Shown: one piece after another, positions 35,600-43,833 of the stretch
Layout: each line of letters opens with the position of its first letter
Numbering within the stretch: the first letter of the stretch is position 1
Virus record (IMG/VR): IMGVR_UViG_3300042452_000459
Coordinates: 1-54,585 of that record
Reading direction: 5' to 3' (one strand)
DNA length: 54,585 nucleotides
Origin: a virus
Taxonomy: Duplodnaviria; Caudoviricetes
Program-made: the position numbers and the translations under genes
The notes under the pieces: generated by a model
Told to the model about the DNA's origin: nothing
Seen by the model: the letters and a program-made list of their open reading frames with translations, nothing else
The model's database searches: none

Positions 35600-35655
35600 A
35601 AAAAAATGGGACTTACAGATTTCTCATGCCCGTTGCACTTCCTTCACACCTGTAT

Positions 35656-35684
35656 AATATAGCAGAATTTTATTTCTCTGTCAA
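35656..35684 (-). promoter_or_regulatory. Sigma70-type promoter for the tRNA cluster
   Basis: TTGACA-17nt-TATATT with extended -10 TG; the -35 overlaps the upstream stop codon. Confidence 0.7.
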
Positions 35685-36775
35685 CCCCGCCATGCTTTTA
35701 GTTCAGGAACATAGTCACAAATGTCAAATCCTCGCATATGATTTATCTTATGTATATGTTCAAAAACTGATGTTTTATTTTCTTTTCCAGAAGTTAAAGA
35801 TTTTATCTTTTTCAAAGAAAGATCAGTTACTTTATTTAATTGACTATGAGTTAATATTTTATGTTTCTGTTCTTCAAATAATTTTTCAGGTAAACATTTA
35901 ATACTGCATCCTATAGGTCCTTCTAAAACATTGACACAATTAATCCAAGTAATATACGGCTTATTAGAAAAATAATCAAAAATATCAGTTAGATTAAAAT
36001 AATTAAAAATACTTAAGGTGATTGCAAGACTAGATTTTATTCCAGTATCCAAATACAATCTTTCCATATTTTGTACGGTGTTTTCAAATTTTGTACTTCT
36101 AATCCAGTCATAAACTTTTCCCACACCATCAACACTAGCATTAATATAAACTTTACTTGGGTTTCTTTTTAGAGTATCTATATGTTCCTGTTCCAATATA
36201 GACATATTTGACACAAAAGATACTTGACAAGATTTATTGATATCAAATAATTTATTTAAAATATAAAAATTATTTTTATCGACAAAAGGTTCTCCACCTT
36301 TTATCATCATCCAATCTAATCCTGGTAAAATTTTTACTATTTTTTCAATAGCAGTTTTAGATAATTTTACAACAGGACTTGGGGCATTTTCATATTTAAC
36401 CCAAGAAGAACTATATCGACTATCACACATTGCACAAGTAGCATTACATAAATTGCTAGTTGTGAATTCTAAAAATCTTATATGCGTTGATTTTATTTCG
36501 TTTGGGTATTTTTCGTTAATAATATTCTTAAAAGTAAATTTATTTTTATTACTAAAACACCCAGCACAAGGATTAATATCAGCACAATTACCTGCCAACA
36601 TTTGTTCTCTTACATAATTTAATTTTTCAGATTTACTAAAAAACTCCTGAAGATTTTCAACTTCATCTATAGAACAGATGGTATAATCTTCACTAATTCC
36701 ATTACAACAATAATTTATTTCTCCCCGAGGACCAATTACAAAACCAGTAAAAGGAGCTTTACATATATCAGACAT
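35681..36775 (-). CDS. Radical SAM protein with N-terminal SPASM/twitch-like domain
   Basis: MSDICKAPF...YCC...CAGC, then SNLCNATCAMC, GGEPF, SVDG and YDWIR; likely start 36775. Confidence 0.87.
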   Translation of the reverse strand: MSDICKAPFTGFVIGPRGEINYCCNGISEDYTICSIDEVENLQEFFSKSEKLNYVREQMLAGNCADINPCAGCFSNKNKFTFKNIINEKYPNEIKSTHIRFLEFTTSNLCNATCAMCDSRYSSSWVKYENAPSPVVKLSKTAIEKIVKILPGLDWMMIKGGEPFVDKNNFYILNKLFDINKSCQVSFVSNMSILEQEHIDTLKRNPSKVYINASVDGVGKVYDWIRSTKFENTVQNMERLYLDTGIKSSLAITLSIFNYFNLTDIFDYFSNKPYITWINCVNVLEGPIGCSIKCLPEKLFEEQKHKILTHSQLNKVTDLSLKKIKSLTSGKENKTSVFEHIHKINHMRGFDICDYVPELKAWRG

Positions 36776-37275
36776 TATTTTATTCCCCAAATTTGCAATG
36801 ATCTTCTTGGATAAGGTGCTGTGGATGAAACTTGTACTACAGAATGGCTTTCGGATTCTGTATTTACTACAAGCATACCAGGTTCGGGGCAAAGGGCATG
36901 TAATTGTTTTTCCTTATCTTCCCACAAAAACAATCCTCCCCACTTTTTGTTCCATTCATTCAAATATAAAGTAGCACCAAATTTATAGTTGGCATCAGTA
37001 TGCCAACGAATACCAGAATTTTTTAACCACACATTATAATTAATTGATAATTTATCATGTAGTGGTGGTAAGTGCAATAATAATTCTTTTTTTATCTTTT
37101 GTTCTAAAAGAAAAGATACATCTGCAGATAAACAAACACCAGGAACATCAGCAAATAATCCTTCGTCCCAGGTAGTTTGATTAGATGACCATGCACGTTG
37201 TGATATAAGTGCATCTATTTCTTGATTACACAAATCAATTAATTCTTTTCTAATTGCCTCAGGTATTACTTTCAT
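36775..37275 (-). CDS. 2OG-Fe(II) oxygenase (prolyl-hydroxylase-like)
   Basis: WHTD, TLYLN, WGG, HSV and RRSLQ motifs. Confidence 0.85.
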   Translation of the reverse strand: MKVIPEAIRKELIDLCNQEIDALISQRAWSSNQTTWDEGLFADVPGVCLSADVSFLLEQKIKKELLLHLPPLHDKLSINYNVWLKNSGIRWHTDANYKFGATLYLNEWNKKWGGLFLWEDKEKQLHALCPEPGMLVVNTESESHSVVQVSSTAPYPRRSLQIWGIK

Positions 37276-38653
37276 GTTTTTGTCTATAGTATTGACGTAT
37301 CATTTCATGATCTAATTTAATTCCAGACAAAAACTCGGTATATTCTAATCGATCATAATCAGCAATAAAGTGCCTTGCTCCAGATTGTAATCTTAAATAT
37401 GAAGAAAATTTATTAACTTTTTTTTCTAAATCAATATCATCATACCACAAAGTTAAGTAAATTTTACTATGTAGTGTATCATATGTTAATGTTGCATTTG
37501 AAAACATAGTATATAACTCTCGATCATAAATTCGACAAGGAATAACAAGATCATTAATTCTAATAAGATCCTTTCTTCCAACCAATTTTAAACCACCATT
37601 TAGATGGGGTTCTACTATATCTTGAGTATTATTATGACGATTATATATTGGAATAATAGTTTCTAAAGTTCCATTTTCAAAAGTAACTGGATAAAAATCA
37701 TCCATAAGTTCAAACCTTTCAGGTGAAAATTTAGGATCATTTCCATATTGCATCATTATAGGACCAGATGTTTCACTCGTTCCATATAGACTTATAATAT
37801 TTTTTATCCTACCCAATCTAATAAATTTTAACCACTCTGGACGAATAGCAGTCAATGTAAAAACTGTTAGATTTGGATTTTTAGTTAGTTTATTAAGAGT
37901 TTCATCTAAAAGATCAGCATAAACAATTTGCAAACTATCGCAAAGATTGCTTATAGTATTTGGTTTATTAAGTTCTTTAGATGTAATATCATCTGTAGTG
38001 CAGAAATAAATGTTTTCTGTCTTTTCAGATAAAACAGATGGAACATAGAATGTTGCTAAACTACTTCCGTGTGTAGGTCTTCCAGTAATCATAATATTCT
38101 TACCCATGTAAGACGTATTACGTTTACTTACTGCATAAGTAAATTCGTGAGTGTGTTCAATTCTTTTTGGTGCCCCAGAAGTTCCACTACTAGTAGATAA
38201 ATGATGGACTGTTTGTTCAGTAGCCCATATTTCTTTATTATCTGTGAAGTCATTTGGTTTTTCAACCAAAACTTTATCACATATCATAGAATAAAATTGA
38301 TGTTTAGTTAGATCTTTTAAATCTTCTTCATCTGCAATAAAATAATTAATTGGTAATAAAGTTTTTATTTTACTATCTGAATAATATACTGACTTTTGCA
38401 AGAAAGAATTTACAATAGTAGACCCTAACCCAAGCTCAGCGGCGGCAATAAATGCTGCTAGATTATTAAATCCTCTAGTAGGAGCAACTAAAATGGTTTC
38501 TCCAAGTTTAGCTCCATTTTTTATTAAAATATTTTTATAAGCGTTAATTAAATTTACTAAATCCTGGTATGTTTTTACTTCAAATTCTTTAGATCCAGAA
38601 TTATAATCATGATATACAATATTTTTATTAATTACTTCTCTAGTAATAATCAT
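37259..38653 (-). CDS. Adenylate-forming (AMP-binding, ANL superfamily) enzyme
   Basis: TSSGTSGAPK P-loop, YGTSETSG, D...GRKD.IRIN. Confidence 0.78.
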   Translation of the reverse strand: MIITREVINKNIVYHDYNSGSKEFEVKTYQDLVNLINAYKNILIKNGAKLGETILVAPTRGFNNLAAFIAAAELGLGSTIVNSFLQKSVYYSDSKIKTLLPINYFIADEEDLKDLTKHQFYSMICDKVLVEKPNDFTDNKEIWATEQTVHHLSTSSGTSGAPKRIEHTHEFTYAVSKRNTSYMGKNIMITGRPTHGSSLATFYVPSVLSEKTENIYFCTTDDITSKELNKPNTISNLCDSLQIVYADLLDETLNKLTKNPNLTVFTLTAIRPEWLKFIRLGRIKNIISLYGTSETSGPIMMQYGNDPKFSPERFELMDDFYPVTFENGTLETIIPIYNRHNNTQDIVEPHLNGGLKLVGRKDLIRINDLVIPCRIYDRELYTMFSNATLTYDTLHSKIYLTLWYDDIDLEKKVNKFSSYLRLQSGARHFIADYDRLEYTEFLSGIKLDHEMIRQYYRQKHESNT

Positions 38654-38898
38654 TTTTTATACTGATCAATATAATTTTGATATTCATTGTTTGGATGATT
38701 TACCAAACGTTTGTGATAAAAATCAATAACAGTTTTTGCTGCAGTACCTTGAAAAAATGCTGGGACAATTCCATGAACAATACTGGAACATCCAACCAAA
38801 ATCATTTTAATACCAGCATATGTAGCCCAAATCAAGTGACTACTATAAGTCTCTTGACTTTTTTTTAAATGATCTCTACTATACTTTAACATAACCAA
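38650..38898 (-). CDS. Small protein, DUF6356-like
   Basis: HL...ETYSSH...A and VHGIVPAFF motifs. Confidence 0.6.
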   Translation of the reverse strand: MVMLKYSRDHLKKSQETYSSHLIWATYAGIKMILVGCSSIVHGIVPAFFQGTAAKTVIDFYHKRLVNHPNNEYQNYIDQYKK

Positions 38899-38912
38899 AG
38901 TTTCTTTGTGGT

Positions 38913-38920
38913 TATTTATA
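38913..38920 (-). promoter_or_regulatory. T4 late promoter
   Basis: Exact TATAAATA immediately upstream of the four-gene enzyme cassette. Confidence 0.75.
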
Positions 38921-38994
38921 AGCTACTTGTCGGACTTGAACCGACGACCTACGGTTTACAAAACCGTTGCTCTATCCAGCTGAGCTAAAGTAGC
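38921..38994 (-). tRNA. tRNA-Thr(TGT)
   Basis: GCTACTT...ACGGT-TTTGTAA-ACCGT...AAGTAGC-T. Confidence 0.94.
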
Positions 38995-38996
38995 AA

Positions 38997-39069
38997 CTGG
39001 GGCGGCAGGGATCGAACCTGCGACCTAGATGTTAACAGCATCCCGCTACTACCGCTGAGCTACACCCCA
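38997..39069 (-). tRNA. tRNA-Asn(GTT)
   Basis: TGGGGTG...GGATG-CTGTTAA-CATCT...CGCCCCA-G. Confidence 0.92.
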
Positions 39070-39224
39070 TTAATTAGATATTCTACTGTATTTGCAACAT
39101 CATTCATTGCTGCTCTAAGATCTGGTTGTTGCCCAGATTCTTGTTTTACAACTGGTTTTTGATCATCTGTCAAAGTCCAACGCCACAGTTTTTGTGGTTC
39201 AGAATACCAAAGATTAATTTTCAT
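39060..39224 (-). CDS. 54-aa hypothetical protein
   Basis: Hand-translated MKINLWYSEPQKLWRWTLTDD...DLRAAMNDVANTVEYLINGV*; stop inside tRNA-Asn. Confidence 0.65.
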   Translation of the reverse strand: MKINLWYSEPQKLWRWTLTDDQKPVVKQESGQQPDLRAAMNDVANTVEYLINGV

Positions 39225-39372
39225 GTTTGAAATATTCAAGCTCGACCCAGTTCAAAAGTGTTTGAAATGCTGTAATTGACGCTTGTGTACAGTTATCGTC
39301 TTTTAATTTTTGCACATAGTATTCTAATGCTTCGATAACCATCTGTCGATCTAATTGTGATAGTAATGACAT
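39214..39372 (-). CDS. 52-aa hypothetical protein
   Basis: Hand-translated MSLLSQLDRQMVIEALEYY...LLNWVELEYFKHEN*; AGGGA SD. Confidence 0.65.
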   Translation of the reverse strand: MSLLSQLDRQMVIEALEYYVQKLKDDNCTQASITAFQTLLNWVELEYFKHEN

Positions 39373-39392
39373 AATTTTCCCTAGTAAAGGAA

Positions 39393-39465
39393 CGTCTCAG
39401 GTTGGGGTCGAACCAACGACCGACTGCTTAGAAGGCAGTTGCTCTATCCACTGAGCTACTGAGAC
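39393..39465 (-). tRNA. tRNA-Arg(TCT)
   Basis: GTCTCAG...ACTGC-CTTCTAA-GCAGT...CTGAGAC-G. Confidence 0.94.
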
Positions 39466-39857
39466 ACATACCACGGAGCAGTTAGTCTCATTTCACCACC
39501 CAGGGATTTACATTCCCTAGTATAGCATACTCTATCGTCAACTGGCAACTCTGAGTATCGTGGTGGTAGCATTCTAACAGTTCCATCATCACCTGTCAAG
39601 CGTTCATAATCTGCTATTGCTTTGTCTATATCTCGTATCACACGACGTTCTATTTTTTGGGGGTCAAGAAGAATTATGTCTCTGACGATGTTGCTTGGAA
39701 GTTGTCTTTGAACTTCGTCAACAAGATCCCATATCTTTTCTTCCTTGACCCCTGTACAGTGTGATAGTGTGGTAATAATTGTACTTAATGTTATCCCTAC
39801 TACGATTAGTTTGGTAACAGTGGGTTTCTTTTTACCGAAGTGAAAGTTAAATTTCAT
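39456..39857 (-). CDS. Hypothetical protein with N-terminal hydrophobic segment
   Basis: Likely start MKFNFHFG at 39857; GATAAATA late motif at ~39888; stop inside tRNA-Arg. Confidence 0.65.
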   Translation of the reverse strand: MKFNFHFGKKKPTVTKLIVVGITLSTIITTLSHCTGVKEEKIWDLVDEVQRQLPSNIVRDIILLDPQKIERRVIRDIDKAIADYERLTGDDGTVRMLPPRYSELPVDDRVCYTRECKSLGGEMRLTAPWYVSQ

Positions 39858-39897
39858 AGTAAGGATGAGACCTGCAGTTCTCACCCATATTTATCAC

Positions 39898-40260
39898 TTA
39901 CGCTCTGGAATAACAAACGCTAACAACACCCTGACCTGGATGGGCAATGGAAGAGAAAGCTCCATAAGACAAGTCAAGGGTTCTTCCATGAACATAAGGA
40001 CCCCTATCGTTTACTCGCACAATTACTGATTTACCATTGGATGCATTTGTTACTTTCAGTTTTGTTCCAAATGGTAGCCACTTGTGTGCTACTGATTTTC
40101 CATAAGCATTATATCGTTCACCACTAGCAGTTGTCCTGCCATGATATCCGTCACCGATTCCATAATGTGATGCGAGTGAACATCCGCTCGCTGCCTTTGC
40201 TGTTACGGGTGTCAATCCGACAAGACCAAAGACGATGATACTAGAAATGGCTTTAAGCAT
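39898..40260 (-). CDS. rlpA: RlpA-like lytic transglycosylase (DPBB domain) with signal peptide
   Basis: ASHYG, TASGE, AHKWLPFGT, VRVNDRGPY and LDLS motifs; likely start MLKAISS at 40260. Confidence 0.9.
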   Translation of the reverse strand: MLKAISSIIVFGLVGLTPVTAKAASGCSLASHYGIGDGYHGRTTASGERYNAYGKSVAHKWLPFGTKLKVTNASNGKSVIVRVNDRGPYVHGRTLDLSYGAFSSIAHPGQGVVSVCYSRA

Positions 40261-40384
40261 TAAAATTGATTGAATTCTACATCCCAATAGAGAAAGCGCA
40301 CATCCCTTTTCTCAAAGGGCAATCTCCTGGGCTCTAAGTGTCACATCAAAATCTCATGATGCAATCGCTGTAAAGCGATTTTAC

Positions 40385-40413
40385 ATTATAAGTGATTATT
40401 TATTTCTTGTCAA
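40385..40413 (-). promoter_or_regulatory. Consensus sigma70 promoter with embedded late motif, upstream of rlpA
   Basis: TTGACA-17nt-TATAAT; AATAAATA in the spacer. Confidence 0.85.
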
Positions 40414-40522
40414 GATTTCCATGGATGAACATAATTCCCATAATGGGCACTACAATCAATGCAAACCCCAATATACCAAGGCATAAAGGGTTTGTCAAGA
40501 TCATTTCTGGTATATGGATCAC
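40400..40522 (-). CDS. 40-aa single-TM peptide
   Basis: Hand-translated (GTG start) IHIPEMILTNPLCLGILGFALIVVPIMGIMFIHGNLDKK*; GTGA overlap with upstream gene. Confidence 0.5.
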   Translation of the reverse strand: MIHIPEMILTNPLCLGILGFALIVVPIMGIMFIHGNLDKK

Positions 40523-40725
40523 TTTCTATGCCATCCTTCAGGTTCAGTTTCGTGTATCCAATCCTTTAGATTTCTAACATATTGTCTTAATAATCTAGAT
40601 TGCTCCACATGAAATTGATCTTGAGTTTCTAAATGCAAAGTAGTATGCAAGTCAATTGCATCTAAACATTTTTTTATGACAGGATTCCATGGCTCCCTAA
40701 AAGGAGTATTCCATTCGCGTGCCAT
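40519..40725 (-). CDS. Conserved cyanophage hypothetical protein
   Basis: MAREWNTPFREPWN...LKDWIHETE; likely start at 40725. Confidence 0.7.
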   Translation of the reverse strand: MAREWNTPFREPWNPVIKKCLDAIDLHTTLHLETQDQFHVEQSRLLRQYVRNLKDWIHETEPEGWHRK

Positions 40726-40747
40726 TGAATTTTGCACTATGAGTTAC

Positions 40748-40772
40748 TATTTATTTTACATCATCCTAAATA
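40748..40772. promoter_or_regulatory. Divergent late promoters
   Basis: ATAAATA on minus (40748-40754) and CTAAATA on plus (40766-40772) between divergent genes. Confidence 0.55.
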
Positions 40773-40784
40773 ATTTTAGTATTA

Positions 40785-41243
40785 TTGTCAGGAAAAATGA
40801 AAAAACTTCTATTGGTTTTTTCGTTATTCTTCGCTATTCCCACAAGTGCTGCTGAGATTACTTCTAAAATTACAGATTCTGTCCAACTCAAGGTAGATGC
40901 AGCTGCCTCTCAAGCGATCCGAGTTGGTGGTCAATATTCAGTTTCAGGTACGAACATTCAATCATCCACGTTTGGTGGTGTAGGTGGTGCTGGTACATAT
41001 TCAATTAATACTGCTGGTCAAGCATTTACGTTTTCTGAAACGTTAATTGATGCAGACACCGCACCTAACTCTGTATCAACTGGCGCTATTGCACCTTATG
41101 GAAATATTACCTCTACTGCTGCTGGTGCTGCTGGAAGTCTTGCTGGTACTTTGTCTAACACATCAGTCCCTACTGTGACTGCTGGTGGTGCTGGTACGAC
41201 AGCGACAGGTCAAAGATCTATCGAATTGAGCGTATTTAAATGA
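40785..41243 (+). CDS. Secreted Gly/Ser/Thr-rich hypothetical protein
   Basis: Signal peptide MKKLLLVFSLFFAIPTSAA; beta-strand-like composition. Confidence 0.7.
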   Translation: MSGKMKKLLLVFSLFFAIPTSAAEITSKITDSVQLKVDAAASQAIRVGGQYSVSGTNIQSSTFGGVGGAGTYSINTAGQAFTFSETLIDADTAPNSVSTGAIAPYGNITSTAAGAAGSLAGTLSNTSVPTVTAGGAGTTATGQRSIELSVFK

Positions 41244-41599
41244 AAAAAATCCTAGCAGGGATATTCCTGCTAGGGTTTTGTAATGCTTCCCTAGCAGAAC
41301 AAGTTGTTCCTAATTTTACTAGAGGAACAATAACAGCAACAACAGAAACATCTACAAAGATTATAGAAACAATACGCCAAGTTGAATATACAACTGGCAC
41401 ATCATACACTGTCACTGGAACAAATATTAATATCCCTGCCACTCCTCATCAAGGAGCAACCTATACTATTATGACACAAGGTGCTCCATTCCAGTTCAGT
41501 GAAACTCATCTTGGACCTGGAGTGGCAAAAGAAACATGGATAGATCGAACTACAGAACAAAAATCTACAACAAATTCTATATCAGTCTTTACTCAATAG
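41240..41599 (+). CDS. Secreted Thr-rich hypothetical protein
   Basis: Signal peptide; VVPNFTRG; ends SISVFTQ. Confidence 0.7.
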   Translation: MKKILAGIFLLGFCNASLAEQVVPNFTRGTITATTETSTKIIETIRQVEYTTGTSYTVTGTNINIPATPHQGATYTIMTQGAPFQFSETHLGPGVAKETWIDRTTEQKSTTNSISVFTQ

Positions 41600-42099
41600 C
41601 ATTTCTTTTTTATGGCACGGTTTACGCTCAATCTGCTCCTTCTAATACTAATATCGCTGGTCCTAGTGCTTCCGCTACAGGTAATGTTACTAACCAAGCT
41701 GTCCAAGTCTTACAAGGTCCGTTCGCAGTTAACACCTACGGATCAGGAGTTAGTTGTCAAGGACCAACAATAAGTGTTTCTCCATTTGTATTAGGAAATC
41801 TAAGTGGTAATAATGATCCCACAACATATCAAACTCATAATGGTAACGCTGGTATGAGTTTTGGTTTTAATTTTCCTCTTGATGGATCACTACAAGAAAT
41901 CTGTAAGACAAGGGCAAAGGTTGAGATTGCTAGACAACAAGCTGAAGCAGATAAAGCAAGACTTGACTTTGAATTAGTCAGGTTATTGAAATGTGGTGAA
42001 GCAATCAAGTCTGGTATTACATTTCATCCAGACAGTCCATACTATAAGATCTGTGCTGATGTAGTTGTGAGGTATCCAAGTGCCAATAAACAAAATTGA
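41536..42099 (+). CDS. Hypothetical exported protein
   Basis: Hydrophobic N-terminus; SCQGPT, PLDG..QEIC, RLDFELVRLLKC and ICADV motifs. Confidence 0.7.
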   Translation: MDRSNYRTKIYNKFYISLYSIAFLFYGTVYAQSAPSNTNIAGPSASATGNVTNQAVQVLQGPFAVNTYGSGVSCQGPTISVSPFVLGNLSGNNDPTTYQTHNGNAGMSFGFNFPLDGSLQEICKTRAKVEIARQQAEADKARLDFELVRLLKCGEAIKSGITFHPDSPYYKICADVVVRYPSANKQN

Positions 42100-42754
42100 T
42101 AATATTGGTGTTCAAGGTCCAAGTGTAATTCCTACAATAGATGCACCAGTAATACAACAAACACCACCCCCAGTTAGTCGCGGTTTGGCATTACCTGTCT
42201 TTCGTATGCCAGATCCATCAATCAAATATCCTGTAATCAATGTACCAACACAGGAAGAGTTTGATGCTGCTGTAAATGCAGAAAAACAAAAAGAGCAACA
42301 GCAGCAACAGGAAGAAAAGACTAGAGTATTACCAGATAGTAAACCTATACTACCACAAATTCCTGTTCAAAATATACAGGATAATCGGATTATTTCCGAT
42401 GATGCCCCCAAAACTAATCTAGGAGTGCCCGTCATTGAAGTACCAATCGTCGGGGAAGTTCCAGTTCCTCCAAAAGAACAGGTTATACTTGCTGGCACCA
42501 CTGCTACTGCTTCTGTTGCTGCAGCTCTTGTTGGCAAATCCTTGGTGGAATGGATGGTAGGTAAAATGAAACCTATCGTGCAGCAGATACTAGTAAGGGG
42601 TAAGAAACTTTTGAAAAAAGATCTTACCCCTTATGAACTTCAAGTATATTTTGCTTTTGAAAAGAGTGCTTCTCTGAAAAAAATCAATAAGTCACTCAAG
42701 AAAGAACAGAAAAAAGATAAACAAAGGCAGTATAAAGAATTTCACGAGAAGTAA
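42080..42754 (+). CDS. Pro-rich hypothetical protein with hydrophobic anchor
   Basis: Pro-rich N-terminal half; AGTTATASVAAAL segment; basic C-terminus. Confidence 0.65.
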   Translation: MPINKIDNIGVQGPSVIPTIDAPVIQQTPPPVSRGLALPVFRMPDPSIKYPVINVPTQEEFDAAVNAEKQKEQQQQQEEKTRVLPDSKPILPQIPVQNIQDNRIISDDAPKTNLGVPVIEVPIVGEVPVPPKEQVILAGTTATASVAAALVGKSLVEWMVGKMKPIVQQILVRGKKLLKKDLTPYELQVYFAFEKSASLKKINKSLKKEQKKDKQRQYKEFHEK

Positions 42755-42964
42755 TTACTTCTTCTTCTCTTCATCTTCTCCACTTTTTTTCATAGTATTG
42801 ATACCAAATGTGGCAGCGGATGCTGTAAAGACTGTAGCAATAAAGGTAGGATCCATCTTAGATAGCATACCTGCATAGCTAGCTGTTAGGAGAGCAGCAG
42901 ACCAACTCAAAATAGCAACACGAATAATAGTAGCCATACATTTGTCTTTTTTTGTTTCTTCCAT
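42755..42964 (-). CDS. Small two-TM membrane protein (holin candidate)
   Basis: ILSWSAALLT...MDPTFIATVFTASAATFGI; charged termini; follows lysin. Confidence 0.6.
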   Translation of the reverse strand: MEETKKDKCMATIIRVAILSWSAALLTASYAGMLSKMDPTFIATVFTASAATFGINTMKKSGEDEEKKK

Positions 42965-42993
42965 TTTAGATGTGAGTTAGGTTAAAGTTTTTC

Positions 42994-43833
42994 TCAATCG
43001 AAAATACGACCCCATCCATCATTACCACCTGGACACCAACGTGCTTTGAGCATTGCCTTACTATAGACAGTGCCTTTACCGTTCGTTACTGGTCCTTGAT
43101 AACCATCATTACATGAACCATAAGGATCGTTGATCACATATCCATCGCCTTTCTTGCCAATTACAACACACATGTGCCCACCAGTAGGTGCAGATAAAGA
43201 ACCGCGATGAAGGATGCCAATAACGACAGGTTTCCCAGCAGCAAGACTTTTATCAATATCAGCAAAAGAAAGATTGTAACTAAAGTGTGACTTAACTCCA
43301 TAACCTGCAAGTACCTTTGTTTGTACCGCATGATCTGTAGTATCGCCAATCGCAAATACTTTCTTAACATACTCATCATCGCCCGTAATACTTCCTGGCT
43401 TGAGGAAAGCAAGGCACATAGCGCACGCTGAACTGTTACAAGTTCTATGTGCATCTCTGTAATTATCAACCTGATTGAAATAAGGTACTGCTAGAACTGC
43501 TGGAGTTGGTGGCTTAGTTCTAAACTTTTCAATCCATGCTGCATCTTTATTTGCGCCAGCGCCATCATCAACTAGTAATTCTTTAGGTGCTACTTGCTCA
43601 AGTAATTCAAGTCCAGCAACATGGTTAGCATTCTTCTCAGAGAAAAACTGGAAGAACTTATGAAGATCTACTGCACCGCCAGCAGCATTACCACCACGAT
43701 ATTTTGAAACCCAAGCAGCATTTTGCGCTTTCAACTCTGCTGGAAGTGCTTCAGCAAATAATCCAACCGCAGCAACGTGGTTAGGATTTTGCTCATCATA
43801 AAATTTGAAAAAATTAATTAATTTTGAACTCAT
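42994..43833 (-). CDS. C39-like peptidase, probable endolysin, with duplicated N-terminal motif
   Basis: VPYFNQ, TCNSSACAM, GHMCV and NDPYG motifs; FFxFxxExNxNHVA...AAW..K.R twice. Confidence 0.8.
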   Translation of the reverse strand: MSSKLINFFKFYDEQNPNHVAAVGLFAEALPAELKAQNAAWVSKYRGGNAAGGAVDLHKFFQFFSEKNANHVAGLELLEQVAPKELLVDDGAGANKDAAWIEKFRTKPPTPAVLAVPYFNQVDNYRDAHRTCNSSACAMCLAFLKPGSITGDDEYVKKVFAIGDTTDHAVQTKVLAGYGVKSHFSYNLSFADIDKSLAAGKPVVIGILHRGSLSAPTGGHMCVVIGKKGDGYVINDPYGSCNDGYQGPVTNGKGTVYSKAMLKARWCPGGNDGWGRIFD

